A stretch of DNA of 64,000 nucleotides, taken from contig NC_068983.1 in assembly GCF_001194135.2 (NCBI RefSeq), forward strand, positions 135,480,210-135,544,209. Reading direction: 5' to 3'. The translations under genes were made by a program, and so were the position numbers. Every line of letters starts with the position of its first letter. Position 1 is the stretch's first letter. Below are positions 50,621-64,000 of the stretch, piece by piece. A model generated the notes under the pieces. It was not told the origin of the DNA. It searched no databases and saw only the letters and a program-made list of their open reading frames with translations. This DNA is from Octopus bimaculoides (Eukaryota).

Positions 50621-50630
50621 GGGCCAATCA
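50621..50630 (+). promoter_or_regulatory. CCAAT box (GGGCCAATCA) upstream of candidate plus-strand gene
   Basis: Matches the NF-Y RRCCAATCA consensus, 67 bp before AAATATGG in a CpG-retaining region. Confidence 0.35.
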
Positions 50631-50696
50631 CCGGTTTATCTCATTTCTGATAGTGAGAACGACCAAGAAGTGTCTGTAACTCGGTGCAGAACAAAT

Positions 50697-53600
50697 ATGG
50701 CAAGGGACTTTCGTAGGGTAGCGTTTTGTTTTTTGGTTTTCTCACATTTATATCCTTCATCGATTTATAACAAATCACATACACCCAGACATATGCATGT
50801 GTCTGGTATATGTATGTATATTATGTATTAGGTCGTCAAGTATGAAATTTGTAGTAAGATATATAGTAAACTTTGTCAGCTGCTCATTTTGCGCCATTAT
50901 TATATCTTGACAATCTTTATTTTTTTGTTAGAAAGCTGACACATTTATTTCTTTATTCTAACTCATTTTGTGCTTTATAAAGTATTTATAAATCGTTTTT
51001 TACTGTTTTTGTTTAGAGATGGATAAGTCAGAAATTCGTACAGTTATGAAATATGAGTTCTTTCTTTGAAATGCAGCATCACAGACAGCTTGGAATATTA
51101 ATGGAGCATTTCATTCTAATTTCATATTAATGGAGTATTTCATGCTAATGTTATTACACAGCAGACATTTTACGATAAATAAGTACAATCCCCCGACATT
51201 ATCATTGTTATTGAGTTAATTGGTTTGCAAAATTTCATTCCGGTAACTGACCTCACAAATGAGCAATGCTGTCGTCCAGAAACAAAGGTGGATAATGATG
51301 AACTGAAAGCCACTGTCGAGTCAGATCCATCTCAAAGTGCCTGTGAATTATTGTTGTTTGGTGTTAGCAAGCAAACAATATTGACTCACCTAGTTCAAAT
51401 CGGTAAAGTGAAAAAGTTGGATAAGTGGGTTCCACATGACCTCAATGAAAATCAGAAACAGCAACGTTTGGAAGCCTGCATTATGCTACTTTCTTGTCAC
51501 AAAAATGAATCATCTTTGAATTGAACTGTAACATGTGATGAGAAATGGATCCAATACAACAACCATAAACGTTCAGCACAATGATTAGACAAAGATGAGC
51601 CACCAAAACACAGTCCATAAAGCAAAATTCATCAAAAGAAGCTGATGGTGTGTGTATGGTGGTCTGGTGCAGGTGTGATCCATTATGATTTCATTAAACC
51701 TGGCTCATCAATCACGGCCAAAGTATACTGCAGCAAACTGGACCAAATGATGCAGAAACTTACAAAAAAACCCAGCCTAGATTAGTCAAGAGATCCACTC
51801 CTATTTTATTGCAAGACAATGCCAGACCACACATTGCAAAAATGACATTGGCGAAACTACACAGGTTGGAGCTGGGAGTTCTCCATCATCTACCATACTC
51901 ACCTGATCTCGTCCCCACTGACTACTACTTCTTCCAGAATTTGGATAACTTTTTGATAAAAAAAATTTTTAATTCCGACGATGCTGTAAAACAGGCCTTC
52001 CAAAATTTTATTGACTCTAGATTGCTAGGCTTTTACAGTTCCGGGCTAGACAAGCTACTGCTGAAATGGCAAAAGTGTATTGACAATATGGAGGCATACT
52101 TTGATGAATAAAATTATTCCTTGTATTTATAAAACATTAGCAAACTTTTTTTTTCTTTTCTATAAATGTCATACTTGACGACCTAATATATATGTGTTTA
52201 ATTTCTATCTTTCAAATACTTCTCGTAAAGCATTGATCAACTGAAGTTGTGGAAGAAGATATTGTTCAAAGTTTTGAGCAGCAGGATCGAACTTGAAACC
52301 ACATGGGTATAGAATGAATTTCCGAACCACACAGACTTTCTGTGTTCATTCTTGCTTTGTAAGAGATTTAATCTAAGACTTGAGTTGAAACTGAAAAGCT
52401 GACTCATTTAACCATTTAAAATACACACACACACACACACATATATATATCATTACAATAATGAAGTGTCAACAAGTTTTGATGCTCATCTGCAACCTTA
52501 TCATAGCGTGATCTTATGTTTCAGATGTATACCAAAACTTTTTGATACTTTATAGTATACAGTATAATTAAGAAATAAAACAAAAATGAATGTAATGGTA
52601 TATATGTATGTGTTTAAATGAGTGATATGACTATTCTACTTGAGAATAAATGCATCATCATGTATTCTGGGAGGAAAAACCCAGCTTTTACATACACCCT
52701 CAATAACACCAATCTTAAGAAGTCTGTTAGTGAATGTGACCTGGGTATTATTGGTCAAGAAGGCCAAGGATGTCTTAACATCACTAGTAAGACCTTTGTC
52801 GGGTGCTCTCCAGCTATCTATTTAAATTGCATATGACTATGGTATGTCCACATCTAGAGTTTGCATCACCCCTCTGGAACTCCTATAAGCATATCATTCT
52901 CGTGGAAACTGTTCAGAAACATCCAACCAGACGAATACCTGCCATCAGGCACCATATTCTGAACATCTTACTTCTCTGGGCATGGACACATTAAAGCTCT
53001 GACATTTGGCAGCTGACTTGGTAGACACCCACAAGATTACCCACCATCTTTCCAACAACAACCTTGGGCACTTTTTTGAATTCCATACATCTAACACTCA
53101 TCAAAAAACAACATGGCACCCATGACTTTCAGAAACATTTTTTCATGGTGAGAATTGCTGAAGCATGAAGTAAACTACTTGCATCAGTTATTAACTGTCA
53201 AGACACTATATCCTTCAAAACTTTCATGCTTCCTGAAATTCATCAATAGTGTACATGATGTCCCCCCACCCCATTTCTTCTTGCTTTTTTCTCTTTTTTA
53301 AGACTTATTCACGGTTCACTTCCTGTGCATATTCTATGTACTGTTCATGCAGTTTTGGTTACTTTTTGTGATGCACCTAAGCACTGTATACATTAAGTTC
53401 ATTATATATATATATATATATATATATGATTTCTAACATAGGCACAAAGTTATACAAATATATATTAGTGACAGAGGCAGCATTAATACCAAGAGGTAAT
53501 ATTTATCTTCACTTAAATGTGGATGTTCTGTTTGAACAAACTATACTGCAGTAGATACCATGAGAGAAACTGTCATATTGGCTTTTGGTGCAAAATACAA

Positions 53601-56600
53601 GCTTGTTTATATCTCCACCACCTCCAGTGCTGAGACCACTAGATCATGTGTTTTTGACCTTCCTTAGTCTTGTCAATGATGGACGTTTGACCACTAGAGA
53701 CAGCAGTAACTCATTTCCCTGCCAGCAATATATAGAAAAACAGTGCCAGAACTAGTGCTGGTGTCATGATTAGCCAGTGGTGGATTGTCTAGTTGATTAT
53801 ATCAACTCAAATATGTGCCTGATACTATTTTATTGACACTGGAAGGATGAAAGTTAAAGTGGGCCTTGATAGGATATATCAGAACATGACTCAAAACTGC
53901 AAAATATTTCGTCTGAAATTCCACCAATTTTACTATCCACTACCCTAACAATGGTGATAATAATTGTTCTGTGTTATTGTCAACAAGGGGGACATGACGA
54001 GAGAACAGGACAGGGACAAATCATAAATATGGTGGAGATTTTACAGAATCAAGCATGAAAAACAGCATAAATACAAAAGAAGAACTGGAAAAAAGGCCCA
54101 CTTGAGTTGGGGAGACAATCCGTTTGAGTCACTTGAGAAATTCCACTGATACCCTCTCTGATAGGGGTAAATATCATTACCCAGTGGCACTTTTTGGCCT
54201 ACAGGCACATCTTGAGAACAGATTCATACTTGGCACTCTCACTCACTTTTCAACAAAATTGGAGGGCAGCACTTCTCTTAACCCTTACCTTCCTTACCAT
54301 AGAGTAATTGAAGAAATTGAAAAGGAAAGAGATTGTCATTAGTCCTTTCAATCCCAGCCCCTTCATTGCCTCTGTTACCATAGCTACCAGATAGAGGGAG
54401 ACTGTATACCTTCTCAGTCCAAAGAAAGGCAGCAGAGCAATATTTAAATGGACCTAACCTCAATGAAATCTGGTGGAGTAGCACTGCCAAACCAGGAATT
54501 TCTGGAAGTTGACAATGCTAAAAGGTTAATGCTCAGCTAGCTGCATTGCCAAACTGGTAGAGGATTGTAGAGCCTGACGACATTCCAGATGGTTGGTGCC
54601 CAATCTCTGTCATTGCTTTGCAAGCTCTAGTAAAGAGACAAGCAGTGAAAAAACATGCCTGAAAAATAGTAGTTACACCAGCTTCCTATAGAGGAAAATC
54701 TGTGGGTACTTGGCCATATCCGACCAAAATATTCTACTTGCTTTATCTTCTAACTGGTCAGATCTGGCCTTTTACACCAACCCTCTAGTGTTACTTTAGA
54801 AATAAACATTCATATCATCAAAATCTCAAAGCTATGAAATAATGCATGATGAATTCAAAATAATGTGAATGCATGAGCATTACATTTGACAGAGTAATCT
54901 GAATGCTAATAGGTTAAATCAACACCAGTATATGGCTGGTACTTATTTTATTGACCTCAAATTGATGAAAAGTATGGGATTTGGAATCATTACCTTCCTA
55001 AACATCAGAGTATAAAGTCAATCCACAATTATTTTACTAACAACAATAATAATATGAATCAACTCTCATGGATTGTGAGCAAATGAGGTTTATTTTCCAA
55101 CATAGTCCCCCTGTTGGTCCACACACTTCTTCCATCAGTGTTACATTGGTGAAGAAGCTTTCATTCTGTTGGTCAAAAAAGTCAACAGCAGATATGATGT
55201 CGTTATCACTGCGATACTGGTTCCCAACCAAATGTCTTTCCATGCTGAGGAACGGGTGATGGATGGAGTCAAATCAGGAGAATGATCAACTAGTTCAAAG
55301 CCACAGATATGCACAGTAGCAATTGAAAGTGAGGACTTGTGTGCTGGAGCATTGTCCTGATGAAACAAGACCCCTTTCATCAGCTTTCCTGGGCTTATGA
55401 TCTTGATAACCTTCCGTAACTGCCTCAGCAAGTGACATAGTACTCTCCATTGATGGTGTGGCCCTTTTGAGGATAGTCAATAAACACAATGCCATTTGAT
55501 CCCCAAAAAACTGAGGCCATCATCTTCCCTGCAGAAATGACCTTGGCCTTCTTTGGAGGAGGTGAGGAAGTGTTTCCACTGTATAGATTGTCTGTTTGTC
55601 TCAGACTCAATGTGATGAAGCCAACACTCATCCTGGATTAGGAAACATTATTCAAGGAAACTAGCTGGATCTGCCTTAAACAATGCCAGATTTTCCTGTG
55701 ATGTGATTAGCCTGGTGCACTTTTGATCAGGTGTCAGAAGATGTGGTACCCACTGAACAGAAACCTTCATCATGCCAAATTCATTGTACAGAATATTCTC
55801 AACTCTCTCAAGGGATATACTAATAGCATTGTCTGTTTGATCCATACTCAATTGCATGTCATCCATCACCTTGTGGTAAATATGATCAATGTTTTCTTCG
55901 GTAGTGGCAGTTGCAGGTTGACCTTGGGTTGTCTTCAAGATTCTCTCTTCACCTCTTAAATTCAGCCGTCCACTTTTGCACTATTAATAAATCTGAAACG
56001 CTATCCCCTAATGTAGCAACCATGTCAGTATGAATGTCCTTGGGAGTTAAACGGTTTTTTTTTCAGGTACTTGGTAACATCACAATAACAAATTTTGTCA
56101 ATTTCAAGAGAAGTCACTACTACTTAGATTTGAAATCTTCTTTGAAGTAAGATGTCAGTTTATAAGAAAAGAAACAGTGCAGTTAATAAGAAATTGAAAT
56201 TAATGCCTGCAAGTTTTCACAGAACTTTTTTCATGAACTTTTCAGCTCACTTTTGTATTAGTGCAGCATAAAACAAAGCAAATACGCTTCTATTAGCAAC
56301 AAATTTTTGCAACATCTATTTTTGTTTTTCTTAGAAAGAATATTTATAGGCAAGATTATCTGCTTTGCTTAAAATTCTCGCTTTCATGGAGATATATTCT
56401 GAAGGAATCTCCCATCCATCCAAGAAAATTCAGATTGAGACGGGTTTGCATTTAGTAGTTAATGTTCTAGATAATTTTCACTCACTCAGTATAGTATCTA
56501 TTTCCAGTTTGGCATGCACCACTCAGTGCTTGAAACAGTATTTAAGAAGTAAAGTAAGTTTAAATTAGATAAAATACAGTTAGTAACTATTGAATGTAGT

Positions 56601-59600
56601 TGTTAACATAATGTATAACAAAATTTGCTTCATATAAATTCAAAGATATGTGCAATACAAATATTTATTATTATCTTGAAAGGTAAACAAGTTTGCTTTT
56701 TTGAATATGCTGTTTATGTAGGAATTACAGAACTTATTGAATAAGAAATGAATTATAACATTTTAATTAAGAATGAATAGGAGATGTGATCACATCTTCA
56801 CTTCTGAAATCTTTCCCAACAATTGTGACACCTCTAGTAGTAGTCCTGATATGACTAAGTAGTACTTGTGTCCTTTCTTTAGGGTGTTTAATCTTGTTTC
56901 AATCCTGGAAATATAAATTATTTAACTGCTGTTACATTTCTAACTTAAGTAATGTCTACAAATTAAGTTGCTTATTTTTCTTTTTTAAAAAACACAAAAA
57001 ATATGAGATAATAGACAACAACAAAGACTGCTAACTGTATCAAACAGGGCTAGCATAAAAAATTAAACTGAGCCTGTGTAGGAGAAATACTGAAGTAATG
57101 TTGCAAAGTATGACTTTGAGTTAGGAATGATGAAGGATTGCAGTAAATGAAGAGACATTGTGTCAAAGCAGACTTGTCCACCATGGAAAACAATGAAAAT
57201 CAAATAATGATAATGATGTTAAATCATTCATATCAGGCAGACTAGGATCAGAAAGAGTACCTGCCTTTAATGTTAAATATAACTGGTTTGTTAGGGTTGT
57301 CTAAATTTTAGGTGCTGGCCAACCTACTGAAGGAATTGGTGACAGTTTGAATGTTATCACTGATGTTGAAGCTGTCCTTCATAAAGCCATTTAAATCTCA
57401 ACAGTCCAGTTCTCATTGCTATAAAAACATGCCATAGAAAAGCTAATCACTCTATGTAGTAAAAAAACATTGTGTTCCACTGGGGAGAAAAGAATAATCA
57501 TTAACATGTTTTGTTCAAGATATGGTAAAAATGGCCGTTGACGATTATTCTCAGAAATTTTAATCAGTTAATGTAACTACTAATGGCTTTTTCTCAGAAA
57601 ACAGAAAATATAATGATTAAATAGTTTTAAGGACTATTTTGAAGAACTCTCCAAAGAATAAATTTTCCTGATACTTTCAGTGAGCATATTGCTTATTGAG
57701 GTTAATATTTAATATCTCACAGGTAAACCAATTTAAATCTCAGACTCTTTGGGAGCAATAAGATAAGTTGTAATGAAAAATTCTTGTACCTACTGACAAA
57801 GGTTTCATCTTCATGAAGAATGTCAGGAACGAATAACTAAAGCACATCCATCCACATGGTGTTAACAATAGCTGGAAATTATATGTGCATGGAATAAATG
57901 AAATGAAAATGCTGAGCTAGGAATTGAACTTGCATTGCAAATTCAGTTATCTAAGAGATTCTCACCATTGTATGCATTTTGCACATGAGTTATCAACTGG
58001 AACAACAGTTATTGATTATTTCACTTTTCTTTTTCCTCTTAAATAAAAAACTCTTGTGTTTAATCCAAATCAATTATTATACTATTAACTGTTATTTGTA
58101 TTTAGTTGGAGGATCTACATCATTTGCAGTCTCAAATTAGTGCTTATAATGCCCAGTATTACATAATCATGATATATTATGAGAAACTTTTGACTGGATA
58201 ACATTTTGCCAGTAAACTGAGTATACGTACCTACAAAATTGTTAATTCTATATAAAAGTATGTATATTTAGCCTCGATCGAAAATAAATTTTAGAGTTTA
58301 ATTTCATACTCTGTGCACTGCTCTATAATTTTCTACAGCAAAGTTGTATCTGTGTTTCTTTGGTCACTCTCATTTATTAGTGTTTTATTTATTTTCTTTC
58401 ACTCTATCTACCATTTACTCTCAGTGGTGAACTGTTGGTGCTGAAACAATGTGGTATGAATGGCTAACATTATAATGAGGCAAATTTAAATGTGGTTTTC
58501 TCAAATAAATGTCAATACTGTAGTGACTCTTGAAGAAGCTGTAATAAAATAGACAATTATATTCTCATGTGAAAGAATTCAATCTTTGTACTGCAAACCA
58601 CTTAACAATTTCCTAGTTAATTTGGCACTGAACCACAGTCATTTTCTTTCTTTAGTTGAATTGTGGTAGTAGTAGTAGTAGTCTAGTGCATAGATTTTTT
58701 TATGGCTTAGTCAGGAAAATGGGTTGTGACCGAAACCTTGGTAGGAGAGAGATGGACTTACATGGAGAGAGTTTCAGAGGCCATTGTATTAACAATACAA
58801 CAGGTAGACCAGAGACAGAATATCTGAGGGTAAAAAGTTGTAGTGTGTTGCCCAATCAGTTAGATAACCTTTGTGTTATATTTTGAGCTTTTGTATGTGT
58901 AATAGCAACATTGTTCCAGGTGTACATGTTGTAATCTATTGTAGGTTTTGTTTGAGCTTTGTAAAGAGTCAGCAATTGATCAATGCTGAAGAGAAAGACT
59001 AAGCATTCAGAGCAGGTTTATTTATGTTACAAGGTCACTAAGAAGAGACTGAATAAGAAGTTTAATTAAGATGTAATTCTTTTGCTTGAGCTATACTTCA
59101 TCTAGGTATTCCTTGTGTTATCAGAGATTTGTTTATCTTGCAAAGAACTATCAATTTCATTTCACTCTAGGAAAGACTGGCTTCTCCTGACAGGATATTG
59201 ATTCTTCTTCACAAGACATGAGTTAGTTCTTCCTCAGTGGAAAATGTCTCCTCTTCACAGCTGTATTCCTACCTCATACTTTTTTTTATAGCCTCTTAAT
59301 TTAAAAAACTTTTTTGAAGAATTTTGCTTATCCCCACAAGTAGATAGAGTGATACTGTTGAAATAGTAATCTCTGGTCATTTAGTTTAGTTATGGCTGAC
59401 ATCCTAGTCTTTACTGGTTGTAACTGAGGAAGGTGGTTCTTGTGTCTCATGGTTTGCTCTTGACAATGAGGATGAGGCAATTTTATTTGTCAGTTCACAA
59501 GTGGTACCTGGTGTCACTTTAAAACCAGCAACTTCTATGATCTATTTTTGTTACTTTTGTTGTTTCAGGTTTTCTATGCAGATTTTGCTTGGTGACCACA

Positions 59601-62600
59601 CTGGTATGGTCATGTGATGCATATGGACAAGGACAGCTGCATAAAGAAGTGCTGATCTCTAACTGTGGAAGAGGTAGACCCAGGAAGACATGGGACAAGG
59701 TGGAACACCATCTTCAAATGTTGGGTCTCATGGAGACAATGACAAGTGACCAAGACCTTTGGTGATTTGCTGTGCCTGAGAAGACTTGTCAAGTGAACTT
59801 GTAGCTGTGGCCAGTGTCAGTGATGTGCAAAAGCACCCATTGGCGACACATAAAAGCACCTGTGCCAGTCACATGTTAAAGGCACCCACTACCCTCTTGG
59901 AGTCATTGGCATTAGGAAGGGCATCCAGCTGTAGAAACCTAGCCAAAAATCAAACTAGCACCAGATACAGCTCTTCGGCTTACCAGTTCCAGTCAAACCA
60001 TCTAACCCATGGAAAGTGGACACTAAATGATGATGATGATCAGAAGCAGCTGTGTTGTCTAACTTGGATGTTGAATTTTAAGGTCTTCCTTTCAGCACCT
60101 TCTACAGGATCTAGTTCTGGTAGTTTTGCTCAGTCATGTCTATGATGATTCCACCCAAACACATGTAAGTTGCACCTGCACCTCCCTGTACTGTGGCAAG
60201 AAAGTCACTACAAGCTGGGTAACAAGAGCTGGTCAACATTGTCACCTGATGGTAACCCTGCTGTTCTTTCTTTTCAATTAATGTCAGAACCAGCTTATGC
60301 ACAGATGTATCATATAGTTTAGGCTTGTACTTTAGCTCCAACTTCTGTTTTAAAGATGATACATAAACTGTCATATGCTCTCCTCTCAGTGAAGATTTCA
60401 CTTAAAATATCCACCAGAGATTAGATGGCATAAGGAAAGCCTCCATGGCTCCTCTCATGCTTCAGTGATAGATTGTGCTAGACTTGTATACAAAATGCTG
60501 TCAAACTTCCATTCTCTTAGTAAAGTGTTCCTTGTCAATTTTTTTTTTCTTGTTTGAAAGAAGATTGCAAAGGACAGTGTTCCATTCTTCGTATTTATAT
60601 TTGTTATGATGTTTGCATATATTGTTATACATGTATATATTATACACATAAATTGTTCTCTAGCTTTGTACCTTCAAAGGTAAGTAGAGCAAATTTATGC
60701 CTTACTTGGAGGAAAAAAGGTGAGGTTAGTTAGAGGAAGAGCATCTGGCTGTAAAACACCTCAGTAGTATGTAGTTGTTCAACACATGCTAGCATGGACA
60801 TAAAATGAACTAACAAATGAATTCTAAATCCTTGTGAAAATAATGGCCACCTTTCCTAATAGTGTCAAATCATTACTTAAATTATATTACAAATAACAAA
60901 AGAAAAATTCTAAAATTTTGGTGTAACTTATGTCTAATTCTGGTCCAGCAACAACCTATTCCTTTTTTGGGTTTAATCCAAGGAAATGGGATTTATTTTG
61001 TGAACCTTATCATTAGTGTTGGCACTGGTACCACATAAAAAGCACCCTATAAAGTGGTTGGCATTAGTAAGGATATCTGTCTGTAGAACAGACTATGGAA
61101 CGTAGTGTGGCCCCTGATCTTGCCACCTCATCCAGCTGTCCAACCCATACCAACATGGAAAATGGACATTGATGATGATGATGATGATGAGTTAAACTTA
61201 ACCAACGAAGTGTCCAACCAAACACTATAAAGCCTCATTCATCTCTGCTTTCCTATGTTTAAGCCATCTCTTATCCTTATTGGTCTTAACATTTATAAAA
61301 CAACTGAGCTAATATATCAGCCTGTTTTTTGTGTGAAAAGGAAGGGACAATCTCTTAAGGGAGATACTTTATAATATCTGTAGAGTTAAAATTCTGAAAA
61401 TAAAGAAAAAATATAATTTTCCAACACGAGACAATGTTTTCATTCTTATCTTTGTTGGGGTAGGGGTGGCCGATTTAAATCAACACCAATACTGAAATTG
61501 TAATTAAACTGCAGACAGATGACTGGCAAAGTTGACACTTGACAAGAATTGAGTTCAGAATTTGACGGGACTAAACATGCCAGGCATTATGTAAAATGTT
61601 TTTTAATGTGCTACCTGCCATCATTTCAGAATATTAAGTAACCTATTCTTTTTGTATCTTACAAAATTGGTTCCAAATTCTTCAGGGCAGAATCATTGGT
61701 AGGCTTTGCTTCTAAAGTGTTAAACCCACTATTTTACCATTCCATAACAATTTTTTTTCTTTTAATGAGCTGAAATATGTTCCATAAGAATGTTTTACAT
61801 TAATGCTGTCACAAACTTTTCAGAGAACTCATCTTTTAAAAGGCTCAAAGCAACACACTAGAGTACTGTTAAAAAATCTGATGTAAGGATGCTGCAATAC
61901 ACACGTACACAAATACCCAAGATCATATTGAAAAAACCAATTTGGCTGATTAACAAAAACCCATTAAAAAATGCTGTTTTGTTTCACTGTCCATTTTGTT
62001 TTTACTACACTGGACCATTTCTCAGAACTAGCAATCTGTATACCATCTCAACTCAGGGCCACCATCTTTAGCACTTTTCATTCTTACTATACTACGACAC
62101 TTAATCCCCTACTCAGATTTTTTCTTTTTATAAAATTCTGAGCAGCAACTGCATTTTTTTTTATTAGTCTGGGAGGACTTACAAAAAAAATCATTGCAAC
62201 TACTTTTCTTTAGACTATCTTGCAAAAGTTAGTGATATTGTTTTACTCAGGGAAAGATTGGAAACTTCACACTTTGTGAACTCAACTTAATCATACAGTG
62301 GTTGTGCTTCTTATGGCAGTACATAATCTGTGTGGTGACTGATTAAATTAAATAGCATAGGGATTGTTGAGCAGCTTTGAGATGCAGTGCAGAACTAGTG
62401 TTTTTTGATATGGACCATCAACTGGATCAGAGACTAATTTTCAGACATCCTATCGTAAATCTTCAAAAATGTCTTTCTTTTTAGTGATTATTGTTTTCAA
62501 AAGAGGTTCTAATGCAGACCCAGTGCTCAGGAAATCTTGGCAATCTAAATCTTACAGTAATTTTATCAATAAAATTATTCTATGAAAATAAATCTCATGT

Positions 62601-63408
62601 TAGCATTAAATATTTTGAAAATGGAAAATATAACAAGTGACAAAAATTTTTGTTTCTTTTTTTTCAAGATACTTTATTACAGTTTATGGGACGTACATTA
62701 GAGGGGGGGTTATTTTAGAAATTGCCACAGATCAGCAACAACTTTCTTCATTCTTCTGTCAGCAGCAAAATTTGGGAAGCAAGCAGTAGCAGCAGAAACT
62801 GAAGGAAGTAGGCTAAGACAAAGTTTACAGGACATTGTGTTCAAATACAAATGAAAGTGTATATAGGCGTACACTAAAACACCCTCACACATTAATATAA
62901 AACACGATCTAAAAATAAAGTATTGGTTAAAAATAAACTCCAAACATAAAAAGGGCTCTGGTAAAGGTGGGAATTTTTGACCAAAAGAAACTGGAAAGAG
63001 CCAAAAAAACAAAATAAAAGAGAAAAAGAAAAAATAAAGAGAGTGGCAGGTGAGAGGGATTAGAATTTATAGAATTTACGAAAAGGAAGAAAGCATAACA
63101 ATATAATATTTAGTTAAAAAGGAATAAAAGATATCTAAATTTATCATAAAATTAAAAAAATTTTTCAAGCCATTAAATATAATTTTGTTAGTTTCAAAAG
63201 TTTCCTAATTGTCCTGCTTTCCATTTGTTTAACCGTGATTTGCAGATCTCCACTCTCTAAGCAGCAAACATTTCAACCACCCACTTCAGCTTTGACTACA
63301 ATTCTACAGACAAAGATTGAAATAAAAGAAACATTCATCTCAGAGCCCTCTAAAGCTGTCTGGAGTACACGGCCTTCAGAAATTGTTAAGTTTTTGCATA
63401 CCACCTGA
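50697..63408 (+). CDS. Candidate multi-exon plus-strand gene, about 160 aa, unknown product
   Basis: Phase-compatible chain 50697-50717, 56350-56553 (ends AAA|GTAAGT), 58106-58155, 58425-58453, 60664-60679 (ends AAG|GTAAGT) and 63246-63408 (TGA); total 483 nt. No recognisable domain, and the exon set was chosen by eye. Confidence 0.3.
50828..52186 (+). mobile_element. Full-length but disrupted mariner (DD34D) element
   Basis: TIRs TTAGGTCGTCAAGTATGA at both ends with TA duplications (50826-27, 52187-88). ATG at 51019 (MDKSEIR); motifs WVPHDL, TCDEKW, LQDNARPH and YSPDLVPTD; stops and frameshifts present. Confidence 0.92.
52620..53260 (+). mobile_element. CR1-like LINE 3' remnant
   Basis: CPHLEFASPLWNSY...ETVQKHPTRRIP matches the CR1 RPxLEYxxxxW..LExVQRRATR motif. 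Confidence 0.65.
55050..56257 (-). mobile_element. Degenerate mariner element
   Basis: KVSVQWVPHLLTPDQK, SAGKMMASVFWG..GIVFIDY..KGHTINGEYY, LFHQDNAPAHKS and HSPDLTPS across frames. 5' end TACAAAAGTGAGCTGAAAAGTTC near 56257. Confidence 0.85.
58700..59560 (-). mobile_element. Highly decayed CR1/L2-like LINE remnant
   Basis: LFSIDQLLTLYKAQTKPTIDYNMYTW at about 58900-59000, the same motif family as 2560-2640. Confidence 0.45.
59597..60040 (+). mobile_element. RTE-type LINE 3' end with (GAT)n tail
   Basis: HWYGHVMHM...GRGRPRKTWD (RTE C-terminal WxGH..RGRP motif), followed by the shared 3' UTR and gat repeats. Confidence 0.8.
61015..61190 (+). mobile_element. Diverged LINE 3' end with (GAT)n tail
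   Basis: ggcactggtaccacataaaaagcacc...ccaacccatacc..atggaaaatggac..(gat)n. Confidence 0.65.
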
Positions 63409-64000
63409 GTATCAATTATATGTGCGTGTATTCATGTGGCACGGCTGCTACAATAGTTTCACAATTACCTAATGACTTTTTATTTTTTTGAAGTATATTT
63501 TATATTTCAATTTGAAATTCCATTCATCAAATGAGGACAGTCCTATTTCTTCCTAGGAAGTCTCATGGTAGGTTTGTGCCAGCCTTAGTTTGAGGTATCT
63601 AAAGCTCAAGTCATTCACTCAAATGAGCGAGTTTTATGGCATCAATATAGTTGTACAACTCCAACAATTTGGGGATGTGGAATGGGGAGGCCAGTGACAA
63701 ATGATGCTGCCTGTGGATCAAACCACAGCTGTTTAGCTGCCTAATAACACCCTAAAAAACATTAAAAGGTACAGTAGATAGTGATAGAGAGAACAGAAAT
63801 TCTTCACATAAAATAATTTGTTCAAGTTGAACAAATGCAGCAGAAAATATCAAAGAGAAAAATGTCTCCTCTTTAAAGTAGGTTATTTAAGAGGTTTATA
63901 AATCCTTCTTTTCAAATATTTTTTTTTTATTTATTCAGAATTTTTTTATAGCAAAGATGAAAAAAGGGGAAGGGGTTGCTTAGGAAAATAATTTATTAAA

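Noticed and set aside
62710-63012. 100-aa minus-strand ORF
   Set aside because: First half is the complement of an A-rich tract; no domain and no linked exons found.

Overview
AT-rich animal genomic DNA with six assembly gaps. The repeat families resemble those I recall from octopus (coleoid cephalopod) genomes; this is an inference, not a search result. The main signal is a minus-strand, intron-containing BTB/POZ gene (exons 14945-14881, 14010-13820, 12759-12429, 11989-11012) with no C-terminal zinc fingers. Its most upstream confident exon starts in phase 1 without a start codon. Upstream, all on the same strand, lie intact transposon-type modules: a CG-1(CAMTA)-like domain exon (48915-48403), a THAP exon (29820-29568), a full-length IS630/Tc1 transposase ORF lacking its first catalytic Asp (19496-18360), a pogo-type Brinker+CENP-B ORF (17781-17242), and possibly one more exon hidden in gap 20386-21164. 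Splice-site and phase bookkeeping lets CG-1, THAP and the pogo module each join the BTB exons in frame. This suggests a locus with interchangeable transposon-derived N-terminal DNA-binding domains on a shared BTB body; the model is inferred from sequence only and has no RNA evidence. The rest is decayed repeats (RTE, CR1/L2, Hero and Penelope-like retroelements, tRNA-derived SINEs, mariner, maT, hAT, MITE/foldback elements) plus a weakly supported plus-strand multi-exon gene starting near 50.7 kb. No CRISPR, rRNA or functional tRNA was found.
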